A stretch of DNA of 24,097 nt from Deltaproteobacteria bacterium (GTDB lineage Bacteria; Myxococcota; SpSt-1050): positions 1-24,097 of the forward strand of contig JBBISZ010000004.1 in the NCBI GenBank assembly GCA_037441045.1, written 5' to 3'. Below the pieces are notes generated by a model. The model had not been told where the DNA came from, searched no databases, and worked only from the letters and a program-made list of their open reading frames with translations. The position numbers and the translations under genes are program-made. This document shows, in pieces, positions 1-9,124 of the stretch. Each line of letters begins with the position of its first letter. Positions within the stretch are counted from its first letter, which is position 1.

Positions 1-3000
1 AATATATATTTACGCAATCGCAACAATACCGAAATAATAAATATTCTTGATCAGTTGAGTCATCAGAAGTTAAATGAATTTTATTTAAGAACCATCCTGT
101 TTTTTATGGGACGGATATTTGAAGAGAGGCTCAATGATCCGGAGATGGCTCTCAAATCCTATGAACGGATATTCATTATAGACCCCTCAGATGCAGATGC
201 TGTAAAGTCCATTGAAAATATACTTCTGGTAAAAAGGGCGTATTCGGAGGTAGTATCTGTTTTAAAACAACATTCAAATGCGCTTCCGCCAGACAAGAGA
301 GTGGATATATACGGAAAGATCGTCTCCCTGTACAGAGATCGTCTTGCGGATACAGATTCAGCAATATACTTTCTCAATGAGATACTGAAGATAAAATCAG
401 ATGATATATCAGCGATGGATATTCTTCTTGAACTGTATGTAAAGAAAAATGATTATCAACAGATAACGGATATACTCAATCGTATTTCAAAACTCACCAC
501 CGATAAAAACATTCTGGCAAATATATATTTTAGACTGGGGACAATCTTTGAGGAGAATCTTTCTGACGAAGTGCAGGCGATCGAATATTACAAGAAGATA
601 GTTGAGATCTCTTCTGCATATCAACCTGCCTATGCTGCACTTGGGAGACTTCTTGCCAAGCACGGCAAATGGGAGGATCTGGTAAATCTTATGGAGATGG
701 AGATTGCACAGACTGAAGATGCTCTACAGAAGGTCGCCCGTTATTATAAAATGGCAGAGATTATAGAACTCAGAATTCAGGATCTTAATAGAGCAATAGG
801 TGTTTACAAGAAGATTCTTCAGATAAGATCTTCATATCTGCCCGCCCTCAAGGCACTCGGTACACTCTACGGCAAGCTTGGTATGCATCAGGAACTCATA
901 GATATGTTTGAGGAGGAGATAAAAATAACTGAAGATAAGGAACAGATTGCCTTTCTTCTGGACAAGATCGGGATTACATACGAGGAGAAATTAAACAATA
1001 AGGAGAAGGCAGCAGATACATACAGGAGGATTCTGGAAATAATTCCCGATCATCTCCCTACCATCAGGACACTCGCCAGACTCTACGCCCGACTCGGTAG
1101 ATGGGAAGATCTTATCAAGATGTGTGAGATAGAATCAGAACTCATAAAGGATCAGATCCAGATTGGTGAGACTTATGAGGAGCATCTCAGGAACATAGAT
1201 GAAGCAGTCAGGTATTACAAGAAGGCACTTATGATATCTCCAAATTATCTACCTGCCTTGAAATCGCTCGGAAATATTTATTTATATCAGGAGAGATATG
1301 AAGAACTTATAGATATGTATAAGAGAGAGATAGAGGTTACAAGGAATCAACCTCACAATATTTCTCTTTATCACAAGATTGCACAGATTTATGAGGATAG
1401 GCTCAATATGCCTGAAAGGGCGATATCTACCTATGAAGAGATATTGATGCTGGATCCTTATAATCTCCCCGCCATCAATGCCCTCAAGAATATCTATCTC
1501 AAAATGCAGAACTATGACAGGTACATTGAAATCCTGATAAAGGAGGAGCAACTGGTTACTGATGTCAATCAGAAGGCATACATTTTATATCAGATTGGTG
1601 GGATATATATAAATAGACTTTCCAACTTCAACAAAGGTATCGAATATCTAAAAAAGTCAATTACTATCAACAAAGATAATAGTAGCGCAAGAGTTTCATT
1701 GCTTGATTCACTAAGACAGAATGGAAGATATTCAGAACTCGCTGATATGTTGATTGAATTTGCAGGACAGAAGAAGACAGAGGCGGAGAAGATAGAGATC
1801 TACTGGGAACTTTCGCAGATATTCTACTTTAAACTCAAAGAGATAAATCGCTCAATAATGTATCTTGAAAAGATAATTGCTATACAGCCGAACTATATAA
1901 GGGCACTTATGATGCTGGCGACAATATACAGAGAGGAGAAGGATTATATCAAGCTTATAACTGTATTGCAGAAGATTGTTAATCTTGACCTCAATCCCGA
2001 TATTCTGGTCTCATATCATCTTGAGATTGCGGCGCTCAAAGAGACTGTGATGAAGATGCCATCCGAGAGCTATATACATTATATAAAAGTACTTGAGATT
2101 CAGCCCGATAATCAGATTGCCATTGATGCACTTGAACGTGCTTACAGTAAAAATATGGATAATCGTGGGCTGGAAATTCTCCATTCACACTTCCTTTCGA
2201 AAACCATTTCTGATAAAGAAGAGAAGGCGGTATTAAATTTTAAAATTGCAGCAGTACTTGTAAATTACCCTGAGACATCTGAAAGGGCTTATAACATTCT
2301 TATGGAGACCATAAGAGAGAAGCCCGATTACCTTCCTGCTCATGTTCTTCTTCTGGAATATTACCGCAATAAGGGTAAATATGAAGAGTTTGTAAATGAA
2401 TCTCTCGATCTTTGTGAACAGATATCCAATACTGGAATAAAGAGAAATATACTGAATCAGGCGGCAGTGGTTTTGAAGGAGAAACTCAATAATTCTGAAA
2501 AGGCAACAGAGCTTCTTATGAAGGCTTTTGAGCTGGCTCCATCGGACGGGGTGGCTTTTTCTCATCTGGAGGGACTGCTTATATCACGGAATAAGACTGA
2601 TGCGCTTCTCTCTATTTACAGCAGGAGAATTTCTGCGATCAACGATAATACAGAGAGGGCGTTACTATACATTAAAATGGCTCGCCTCCTCGAAAATGAT
2701 CCGTCAAGGATTAATGAGGCAATCACGGCATATCAGAGCGCAGTTGCTATAGATCCTTATAATGAATATGCGCTTATTCCTCTTTCCAATCATCTTATAG
2801 CAGGTAAGATGTATGATGAGGCTATAAACTGTCTCAATGCAATAGCATCATGCTCAAAGTCTCAGGAGGTACTGAAAAATACATATCTCTACCTTGGAAC
2901 GCTCCTGTATAATCACAGACAGGATTTCAGTAATGCTCTAACCAATTTTCAAAAGGTTGTTTCAATAGAACCCAATAATATCCCGGCGCTTGAATATATG

Positions 3001-4515
3001 GCACTCATTTATTATTCACAGAATAACATTGAATACTCTTTGAAGACTTATCAATATCTTCTTGGTCTAAATATAAGTCCTGAAAAGAATCTGGAATATT
3101 CCTATACAATAGCAGGGATATATGAGAATAACCTCTCCAACATAGATGGTGCTATAGAAGTCTTAAAAAATGCACTCAAATATGACCCAACAAATGAGCA
3201 ATTACTCAATAGACTGGTATCGCTCTGTGAGAGAGGAAATAAGATCGAAGAATTGTTGATCATCTATGAAAGCGTGATTCAGTCTTTTGAGGAACATGAG
3301 CGAATTAATGCAATACCGCTTATGATTAAAAAGGCAGAGATTTACCAGAATATTCAAAAAAATCTGAAAGATGCAGAAAAGGAGTTGAAGAGGGTAGTAC
3401 AGATTGCACCAAATAACATACTTGCCCATGTAATGCTGGCAAGACTCTATTCTCAGGATCCATCTACATATCAAAATGCAGTTTTAGAATATCGAACGCT
3501 CATCCAGATAGATCCGTTCAATGTGGATAATCTGAGAGCCATCTCACGCCTTTTCAATCAACTGCAGCAGAAGGATGCCCTGTTCTGTACAATAGGGACA
3601 TTGATCAGCCTCAAGAGTGCCACCAATGATGAAGAATTTGCATACGGAGAGAGCAGACACCGGGTAGATTCCATAACCGAAATAATTCTCAAGAATGAAG
3701 ACATTGATATAAGTATAATTAACCACCGTGCAAGAGGGTTGTTAAGAGAGATAATAAGCATAATCAATGATGATCTACGCGATATATACCCCATAAGTAT
3801 TGAAAAATATGGACCTGAAGTAAAGAAGACCAGAATGACTAAAAAGTCAAACGACAGGATAAGATCAAGGTGTGATGATGTATCAAGAATGATGAATGTT
3901 GGAGACTATAATCTCTTTATTGCGGACAAACAGGGGATTCAATCTTTTGTAGAACCTACAGACCCTCCTTCTATAATTATTGGAGGTGATTATGTAAAAC
4001 TGCCGCCTGAAGAACAGAAGTTTGGGTTTGCAAGGATGCTGTATTTCATAACAGACAGACAGATGGCTGTTGCATCACTCTCAAATGAAGAATTGCAATT
4101 CCTGGTTAATGCCCTTCTGCTTTTGGTTAATCCAGATAAATATTCAAAAGAGATAAAGGATGAACCATCTCTCAATATGGCTAAAAAACTCAGTAAGGGT
4201 CTCAGTAGAAAGACCAGAAATATACTTATGAGTATGCAGGACAGGATATCTGAACTATCTAAGATAGATGTAAAGATCTTCAGGAAGGCGACATTTATGA
4301 GCGCAAACAGGCTGGGACTTTTTATAACATCCTCTCCTCTATCTGCTATCTCATATATTTACAGAGTCTCAAATCCACAGAAGCAACTTCCAGCAAATTA
4401 TGAAGCCATTGTTCAGGAGTGTACCCGCAACGACGAGATTAGAGATATCATTGCATATTCTATTTCAGATGAGTTTTTAAGGTTGAGAGAAAAGGTAGGT
4501 CTGTGTATAAAATGA
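1..4515 (+). CDS. Giant tetratricopeptide-repeat (TPR) protein, 5'-partial; C-terminal M48-peptidase-like domain lacking HEXXH
   Basis: Frame 1 is open from base 1 (NIYLRNRNNTEIINILDQLSHQ...), so the ORF-track TTG at 55 is probably not the start. Continuous TPR-like helical units (e.g. AIGVYKKILQIRSSYLPALKALGTLY) recur with a 72-aa period. Stop TGA at 4513-4515. Confidence 0.9.
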   Translation, partial: NIYLRNRNNTEIINILDQLSHQKLNEFYLRTILFFMGRIFEERLNDPEMALKSYERIFIIDPSDADAVKSIENILLVKRAYSEVVSVLKQHSNALPPDKRVDIYGKIVSLYRDRLADTDSAIYFLNEILKIKSDDISAMDILLELYVKKNDYQQITDILNRISKLTTDKNILANIYFRLGTIFEENLSDEVQAIEYYKKIVEISSAYQPAYAALGRLLAKHGKWEDLVNLMEMEIAQTEDALQKVARYYKMAEIIELRIQDLNRAIGVYKKILQIRSSYLPALKALGTLYGKLGMHQELIDMFEEEIKITEDKEQIAFLLDKIGITYEEKLNNKEKAADTYRRILEIIPDHLPTIRTLARLYARLGRWEDLIKMCEIESELIKDQIQIGETYEEHLRNIDEAVRYYKKALMISPNYLPALKSLGNIYLYQERYEELIDMYKREIEVTRNQPHNISLYHKIAQIYEDRLNMPERAISTYEEILMLDPYNLPAINALKNIYLKMQNYDRYIEILIKEEQLVTDVNQKAYILYQIGGIYINRLSNFNKGIEYLKKSITINKDNSSARVSLLDSLRQNGRYSELADMLIEFAGQKKTEAEKIEIYWELSQIFYFKLKEINRSIMYLEKIIAIQPNYIRALMMLATIYREEKDYIKLITVLQKIVNLDLNPDILVSYHLEIAALKETVMKMPSESYIHYIKVLEIQPDNQIAIDALERAYSKNMDNRGLEILHSHFLSKTISDKEEKAVLNFKIAAVLVNYPETSERAYNILMETIREKPDYLPAHVLLLEYYRNKGKYEEFVNESLDLCEQISNTGIKRNILNQAAVVLKEKLNNSEKATELLMKAFELAPSDGVAFSHLEGLLISRNKTDALLSIYSRRISAINDNTERALLYIKMARLLENDPSRINEAITAYQSAVAIDPYNEYALIPLSNHLIAGKMYDEAINCLNAIASCSKSQEVLKNTYLYLGTLLYNHRQDFSNALTNFQKVVSIEPNNIPALEYMALIYYSQNNIEYSLKTYQYLLGLNISPEKNLEYSYTIAGIYENNLSNIDGAIEVLKNALKYDPTNEQLLNRLVSLCERGNKIEELLIIYESVIQSFEEHERINAIPLMIKKAEIYQNIQKNLKDAEKELKRVVQIAPNNILAHVMLARLYSQDPSTYQNAVLEYRTLIQIDPFNVDNLRAISRLFNQLQQKDALFCTIGTLISLKSATNDEEFAYGESRHRVDSITEIILKNEDIDISIINHRARGLLREIISIINDDLRDIYPISIEKYGPEVKKTRMTKKSNDRIRSRCDDVSRMMNVGDYNLFIADKQGIQSFVEPTDPPSIIIGGDYVKLPPEEQKFGFARMLYFITDRQMAVASLSNEELQFLVNALLLLVNPDKYSKEIKDEPSLNMAKKLSKGLSRKTRNILMSMQDRISELSKIDVKIFRKATFMSANRLGLFITSSPLSAISYIYRVSNPQKQLPANYEAIVQECTRNDEIRDIIAYSISDEFLRLREKVGLCIK
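454..2160 (+). repeat. Protein-level tandem repeat of 72 aa (216 nt, paired TPR-like units) inside the giant TPR gene
   Basis: Equivalent residues at 454, 670, 886, 1102, 1297, 1513, 1729, 1945 and 2161: all steps are 216 nt except 1102->1297, which is 195 nt. Confidence 0.85.
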
Positions 4516-4534
4516 TGGATTGAGGCGATTTTTT

Positions 4535-4912
4535 ATGGTATACAAAAATAGTGGTGATTTCTCCTGTGTTCAGAAGGAGAGAAGGAGAGAACTCAGGGTT
4601 CCATTGAGGGTAATCAGAGTGAAGATAGAGACAAATACAGATGTGTTTTTCGGATATGCAAAGAATATAAGTGCAGGTGGACTTTTTATTTCTACTGTAA
4701 ATCCAAAGGGAGTAGGAGAGAAATTTAAACTCAAAATTACTTTGCCCAATTCAAAAAAAGAGATTGTTGTTATGGCAGAGGTGGTCTGGAGCAGGAAATT
4801 CTCTGAATCTAAAGAGTATGAGCCCGGGATGGGTATCAAATATATAGAGATAACGGATGAGGATGCCGAGCTTATCAGGCAGTTTGTAAACTCTGAAAAA
4901 AAGGAGAAATAG
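4535..4912 (+). CDS. Single-domain PilZ protein (myxococcal TIGR02266-like), predicted c-di-GMP binding
   Basis: RRRELR (RxxxR) and NISAGG (D/NxSxxG) motifs; PGMGIKY C-terminal strand. ATG 4535 follows GAGG at 4522-4525 and is preferred over the TTG at 4520. Confidence 0.88.
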   Translation: MVYKNSGDFSCVQKERRRELRVPLRVIRVKIETNTDVFFGYAKNISAGGLFISTVNPKGVGEKFKLKITLPNSKKEIVVMAEVVWSRKFSESKEYEPGMGIKYIEITDEDAELIRQFVNSEKKEK

Positions 4913-5221
4913 ATGATAAGAAAGATTATTTTTCTTTTTATTGTTTTTTTGATGGTTGTTGCAATGACAATATATGTCACATCATGTGGAGATTCGGGCT
5001 CTGCCTGTGAAGATCTTCTGCATCGAGCCTGTGACTGTCTATATGGTGAAAATCCATCCCAGAGGGAGGATTGTCACTCAAAGATAGATGAGGAAGTCAA
5101 CAAGAGCCCATTTACAGCCGAGCAGGATAGTAAATGTCAGCAGTATATTGATACCTGTAACTGCGATGCGATGAAGAGTGCCGACAAAAATGCCTGCGGT
5201 GATGTGCTTGACTCGCTATAA
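4913..5221 (+). CDS. Small cysteine-rich lipoprotein, unknown function
   Basis: SD AAGGAG 4901-4906; basic-hydrophobic signal ending in lipobox-like VTS-C; 8 further Cys in the mature part. Confidence 0.8.
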   Translation: MIRKIIFLFIVFLMVVAMTIYVTSCGDSGSACEDLLHRACDCLYGENPSQREDCHSKIDEEVNKSPFTAEQDSKCQQYIDTCNCDAMKSADKNACGDVLDSL

Positions 5222-5237
5222 AGAAAGGAGATTGAGT

Positions 5238-5966
5238 ATGAAAAAATTCATTATTTCTCTATTCTTGTGTTTATTTATATTCTACACAAAGGTTTCAGTC
5301 TCTGAGGAACTGGATATTGAGGCACTCTTAAAGGAGGCTCAGGAGTCTTACAATAGGATTAACGATTATACAGGAATAATGCACAAGCAGGAGAGAATTG
5401 GTAAAAAGATGATGGAAAAAGAGACCATATATTTTAAGTTTATGAAACCATTCAAGGTCTATATGAAATGGATAAAAGATCCTTTTAAGAATCGAGAGAT
5501 GATATATGTGCAAGGATGGAATGATAATAAGATAAAGGCGCATGAAGGTGGCATTATGGGAGTTGTCTCTGTAAATCTGGATCCAAATGGCTCAATGGCG
5601 ATGAAAGGCAATAGACACCCCGTCACTGATATGGGGATAGGAAATCTTCTAAAAGTAGTCTCCTCCAATGTCAACAGGGCAAAGAAGAATGGTGATTCAA
5701 TCAGTGTTATCAAACTTGGAGAGGAGAAGGTATTCGGTGTAGATTCTATAAAACTTGAGGCTACATTCCCTCAGGAGAAAGAGAAGGGCTACTACTGTTA
5801 CAGGGCGGTTTTCTGGGTCAATAAAGAGACAAAATTACCTACCAAGATAATGGTCTACGACTGGAATAATCAACTGGTGGAAGATTACGCCTACGAAAAC
5901 TTAAAATTCAATGTAGGACTTACAGAAAAGGACTTTGATCCATCCAGCAGGGAATACAACTTTTAG
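5238..5966 (+). CDS. DUF1571 / LolA-like fold exported protein
   Basis: SD AAGGAG near 5225-5230, ATG 5238 (MKKFIISLFLC signal peptide). DYTGIMHKQERI, PFKVYMKW, LDPNGSMAMKGNRHPVTDMGIG and C-terminal LVEDYAYENLKFNVGLTEKDFDP match the family as I recall it. Confidence 0.75.
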   Translation: MKKFIISLFLCLFIFYTKVSVSEELDIEALLKEAQESYNRINDYTGIMHKQERIGKKMMEKETIYFKFMKPFKVYMKWIKDPFKNREMIYVQGWNDNKIKAHEGGIMGVVSVNLDPNGSMAMKGNRHPVTDMGIGNLLKVVSSNVNRAKKNGDSISVIKLGEEKVFGVDSIKLEATFPQEKEKGYYCYRAVFWVNKETKLPTKIMVYDWNNQLVEDYAYENLKFNVGLTEKDFDPSSREYNF

Positions 5967-5972
5967 GATTAT

Positions 5973-6539
5973 TTATCTATCTACAAACGGTTTGAAGCAT
6001 TTACGACATCGAGCCTCATAACTATCTGTCGCTCCAACCAGAATCTGCTTCTCTCCACCACTCACTCTCTGTGTAAATGAGGCAGGATTGCCACACTTCA
6101 TACATATAGCCAGATTTTTGGTAATATATTCTGCAATACACATAAGTTGTGGCATTGGCCCAAAAGGAATTGCTCTGTAGTCCAGATCCAGACCTGCAAT
6201 TATTACACGAAGACCACTTTCGGCAAGATGTTGAACTACCTTCACTATGCCCTTATCAAAAAATTGTGCCTCATCAATTCCAACAACATCGGTTCCGAGT
6301 GGGACAAGCTTGAGTATCTCTTTTGAACTCTTTACTGCTATTGAGTCAAGTTCCTGAAGAGAGTGTGAAACGATCTTTTTTGAATGATATCTGTTGTCTA
6401 TAGTAGGTTTGAAGATTATTACTTTCTGTTTTGCAATCTTTGCCCTTTTGAGTCTCCTTATAAGTTCTTCAGTCTTGCCTGAGAACATCGGTCCGCATAT
6501 AACCTCTATCCAGCCTACATCCTTGGGTTGTAAATGCAT
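5973..6539 (-). CDS. tdk: Thymidine kinase (type II, TK1-like)
   Basis: [11 protein letters not shown] Walker A, VGIDEAQF Walker B, AGLDLDY, Zn-binding CMKC...CRKC; SD AGGAG upstream. Confidence 0.96.
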   Translation of the reverse strand: MHLQPKDVGWIEVICGPMFSGKTEELIRRLKRAKIAKQKVIIFKPTIDNRYHSKKIVSHSLQELDSIAVKSSKEILKLVPLGTDVVGIDEAQFFDKGIVKVVQHLAESGLRVIIAGLDLDYRAIPFGPMPQLMCIAEYITKNLAICMKCGNPASFTQRVSGGEKQILVGATDSYEARCRKCFKPFVDR

Positions 6540-6547
6540 AAATACTC

Positions 6548-7366
6548 CTAAGGTTCAAAATAGTATTTACCTTTGAATCTATCGTCATCAAATATCAGAA
6601 TTGGCTTTGCTGATTCATTCTTCTCAAATCTGCCTTTTATTTGTTCATTTTTATAATTGATAATAATTTCGTTCTCTTTTAGTCTGTATGTACCACTCCC
6701 CCTGAGTCCCTTTAGATCTGGATCAAACGGGGCGTATATAAATATATAATTGCCTTCAAGACCAAGGAATAAAAACTTCTCATAATCGCCTTCTGATGTT
6801 CCACCCTGCCATCTTCCCCAGTACTGCGAATCATCCACCTTTTGCTTGAATATCCTATTGATACCGGATTGAATAAGATTATCAGGTATTCCAGAGAATT
6901 GTATGTCCCTTATGCAGATATGATCTGATTCTTTATTATAGACATCCGTAATCGTAATTAAGAGACGATTTGTAGTAATGGGTGGGGAGAGTGAGAGTGT
7001 CTTCGATAATAGTCCTTCATCCAGATATAAGGTGTTCTTTGAGAACTCACCTGCTATCTCAACCTCTTTTGCTCCACCTGCCAGTATGTCCTTATTCACC
7101 TTGGGGTTAATTCCATTCTTTATTGTAACTTTTTTTATCTCAACAGTCTTTGCAAAATAAAGTATTATTTCCTCTCTTCCGCCAGGTGAGTGTTCAAAAC
7201 ACCAGAGAGTCTTTTCATCATTATCGAAGGCATTGGAATAATGGAATTTCATAGGATCTTCTGAATCCTTCTTGAAGTCTGTAGAATATAGATACATCAG
7301 TTGTGCCGCAGAACTGACTCCTGAACCAATTGATAATAAGAAGAATATCATAAGTATCTTTTTCAT
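6548..7366 (-). CDS. Exported protein with a discoidin/F5-8-like (glycan-binding-type) N-terminal domain and a beta-rich C-terminal domain
   Basis: Signal peptide [20 protein letters not shown]; [12 protein letters not shown]...IILYF...IKKVTIKNG...ICIRDIQF is typical of discoidin-like domains. ATG 7366 preferred over the TTG at 7405, which coincides with a -35-like hexamer. Confidence 0.6.
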   Translation of the reverse strand: MKKILMIFFLLSIGSGVSSAAQLMYLYSTDFKKDSEDPMKFHYSNAFDNDEKTLWCFEHSPGGREEIILYFAKTVEIKKVTIKNGINPKVNKDILAGGAKEVEIAGEFSKNTLYLDEGLLSKTLSLSPPITTNRLLITITDVYNKESDHICIRDIQFSGIPDNLIQSGINRIFKQKVDDSQYWGRWQGGTSEGDYEKFLFLGLEGNYIFIYAPFDPDLKGLRGSGTYRLKENEIIINYKNEQIKGRFEKNESAKPILIFDDDRFKGKYYFEP

Positions 7367-7377
7367 AGCGAAAAGCA

Positions 7378-7405
7378 AATATATCCTAAAAATAAGAGAT
7401 TTCAA
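7378..7405 (-). promoter_or_regulatory. Putative sigma70 promoter TTGAAA-N16-TATATT, 11 nt before ATG 7366
   Basis: Read directly on the minus strand; no SD before the ATG. Confidence 0.45.
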
Positions 7406-7468
7406 CTAAAAATATTCTCAAAGAACATAGAATCCACCTTGTTAAATAAGCAAAAAGATACCACAGAC

Positions 7469-8215
7469 TCACTTAAAACATTTGCATATAAGAGAAACAG
7501 AGATAGCGATAAGGGCATAAAATGCAACAATCGTATATCCAGTTGGCAAATCCATTAAGTAAGAGATAATAATTGCAATCAGATTAATGACAATTCCGAG
7601 AATCCATGCACCCATGAGTTTTATAGAGAATTTATCAGTAAAAAAAGACATTATATATGCGGGGGCAACCAGAATTGAAAATACTACCAGCACTCCTGCC
7701 AGATTTACGGAGCTTGTAACAGTTACTGCAAATGAGACAAAGAATAGTATCTCTCGTAGATTTCCATTAAGTTTTTCAACTACAAAATAGATAAAGAGGG
7801 CAATTATTGCATAGAGAATAGATGTCTTAATAAGTTCAGCCTTTGTTATAAAGAGGATGTCTGATGCTGTAAGCTTCTGAACCTCCTCCATTCCGTGTGG
7901 ATTTTTTGAAAGAAGGACAATAGACATTGAGATTCCGAGTGCATAGATAAGACCTATAAAAGCCTCGTGGCTTATATTCTTTCTGGATGTGAGCGCAATG
8001 AGGAGCGCCCCTATAAGTGCAAAAGTCAATGATATTGGATAGACATATTTTCCATCAAAGAGTAAAAAGGCGATGGCGGTTCCTAAAGCCGCCATCTGCC
8101 CAATTGCAAGGTCAGTAAATATTATCCCGCGTCTGATGATATTGATGCCATAATAAGAATGAATTCCCAGAAGGACAGTTGCAAACAGAAAGCTGATAAA
8201 AAGGATATCTATCAT
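7469..8215 (-). CDS. Metal (Zn/Mn) ABC-3 family permease, ZnuB/TroD-like
   Basis: Highly hydrophobic; RRGIIFTDLAIGQMAALG and LAGVLVVFSILVAPA motifs; ATGA overlap with the upstream binding-protein gene. Confidence 0.88.
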   Translation of the reverse strand: MIDILFISFLFATVLLGIHSYYGINIIRRGIIFTDLAIGQMAALGTAIAFLLFDGKYVYPISLTFALIGALLIALTSRKNISHEAFIGLIYALGISMSIVLLSKNPHGMEEVQKLTASDILFITKAELIKTSILYAIIALFIYFVVEKLNGNLREILFFVSFAVTVTSSVNLAGVLVVFSILVAPAYIMSFFTDKFSIKLMGAWILGIVINLIAIIISYLMDLPTGYTIVAFYALIAISVSLICKCFK

Positions 8216-9108
8216 CTGGTTAACCTTTCAATAATAATATCATACATTGAAAATATATCCTTTGCCTCAGTAATACTCTTTACATCATAAGGGAGAATTA
8301 CAAATGGAATTTTGGTGGTTTCAGATAGTTGTTTTGTGGATTTTGATTCATGATAGTTATCAGTAATTATCTTATATACCTTCTCAGACTTAACCATGTT
8401 TGTGATCTCTTCTATATGTTTTGCAGTGGGAGGTATGCCAGGCTTTGGCTCTATCTCTGCTATTATTTTGCAATTGAGGTCCTTTGCGACATAGTTAAAC
8501 ATTCTATGGTACTGGATTAGTTTGCAACCCGAAATATTCTTAATCTTTTCATCCCATACTTTCCTCTTTTCATTAAATTTTTTTATTAGATTGTCATAAT
8601 TGGAGGCAAACAGGTCCTTCTTTTCTGGTCTTACCATTATAAGCGCATCTTTGACCCCTTCAGCAATCTTTGGAAAATTATTATAACTTAGATGATAATG
8701 CGGGTTACCTTCTGGATGAATATCTCCCTCTGATCTACTCACATTTTCAGGCTTATTAATAAGTTCTACTTTCTTTGATAGGTCAATCAGAAAGTTAGCG
8801 CCGGGATTTATCTTTGGATTGTTTGCCTGTTTTAAGAGAGGTGGAATAAAACCTATTTCAAGAGATGCTCCGTTTATAATCAGCAGGTCAGCCTGTCTCA
8901 GTTTTCCTATCAGGGATGGTTTGGGAACTACAAAGTGTGGATCCTCTGTCCCCTTTGCAAGAGATGTTACTTCTACATATTCTTTTCCAATCTCATGCAC
9001 AATAGATTCAATGTAGGGATATGATACCACCACTCTTATTTTCTCTTGTGCAAAAAGAGAGGAAATAAACGCAAAACAGAACAGTAATACAAATATCGTT
9101 TTTTTCAT
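8212..9108 (-). CDS. Metal ABC transporter substrate-binding protein, ZnuA/TroA (cluster A-I) family
   Basis: SD GGAGG then ATG 9108 (MKKTIFVLL signal peptide); EDPHFV, GDIHPEGNPHYHL, YHRMFNY and EPKPGIPPTAKH motifs. Confidence 0.92.
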   Translation of the reverse strand: MKKTIFVLLFCFAFISSLFAQEKIRVVVSYPYIESIVHEIGKEYVEVTSLAKGTEDPHFVVPKPSLIGKLRQADLLIINGASLEIGFIPPLLKQANNPKINPGANFLIDLSKKVELINKPENVSRSEGDIHPEGNPHYHLSYNNFPKIAEGVKDALIMVRPEKKDLFASNYDNLIKKFNEKRKVWDEKIKNISGCKLIQYHRMFNYVAKDLNCKIIAEIEPKPGIPPTAKHIEEITNMVKSEKVYKIITDNYHESKSTKQLSETTKIPFVILPYDVKSITEAKDIFSMYDIIIERLTR

Positions 9109-9124
9109 AGATAACCTCCATAAG

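Noticed and set aside
1-4515. Naming the TPR gene as a specific myxobacterial motility gene (e.g. agmK)
   Set aside because: The resemblance is only at family level and the gene is truncated; orthology needs a reciprocal search.
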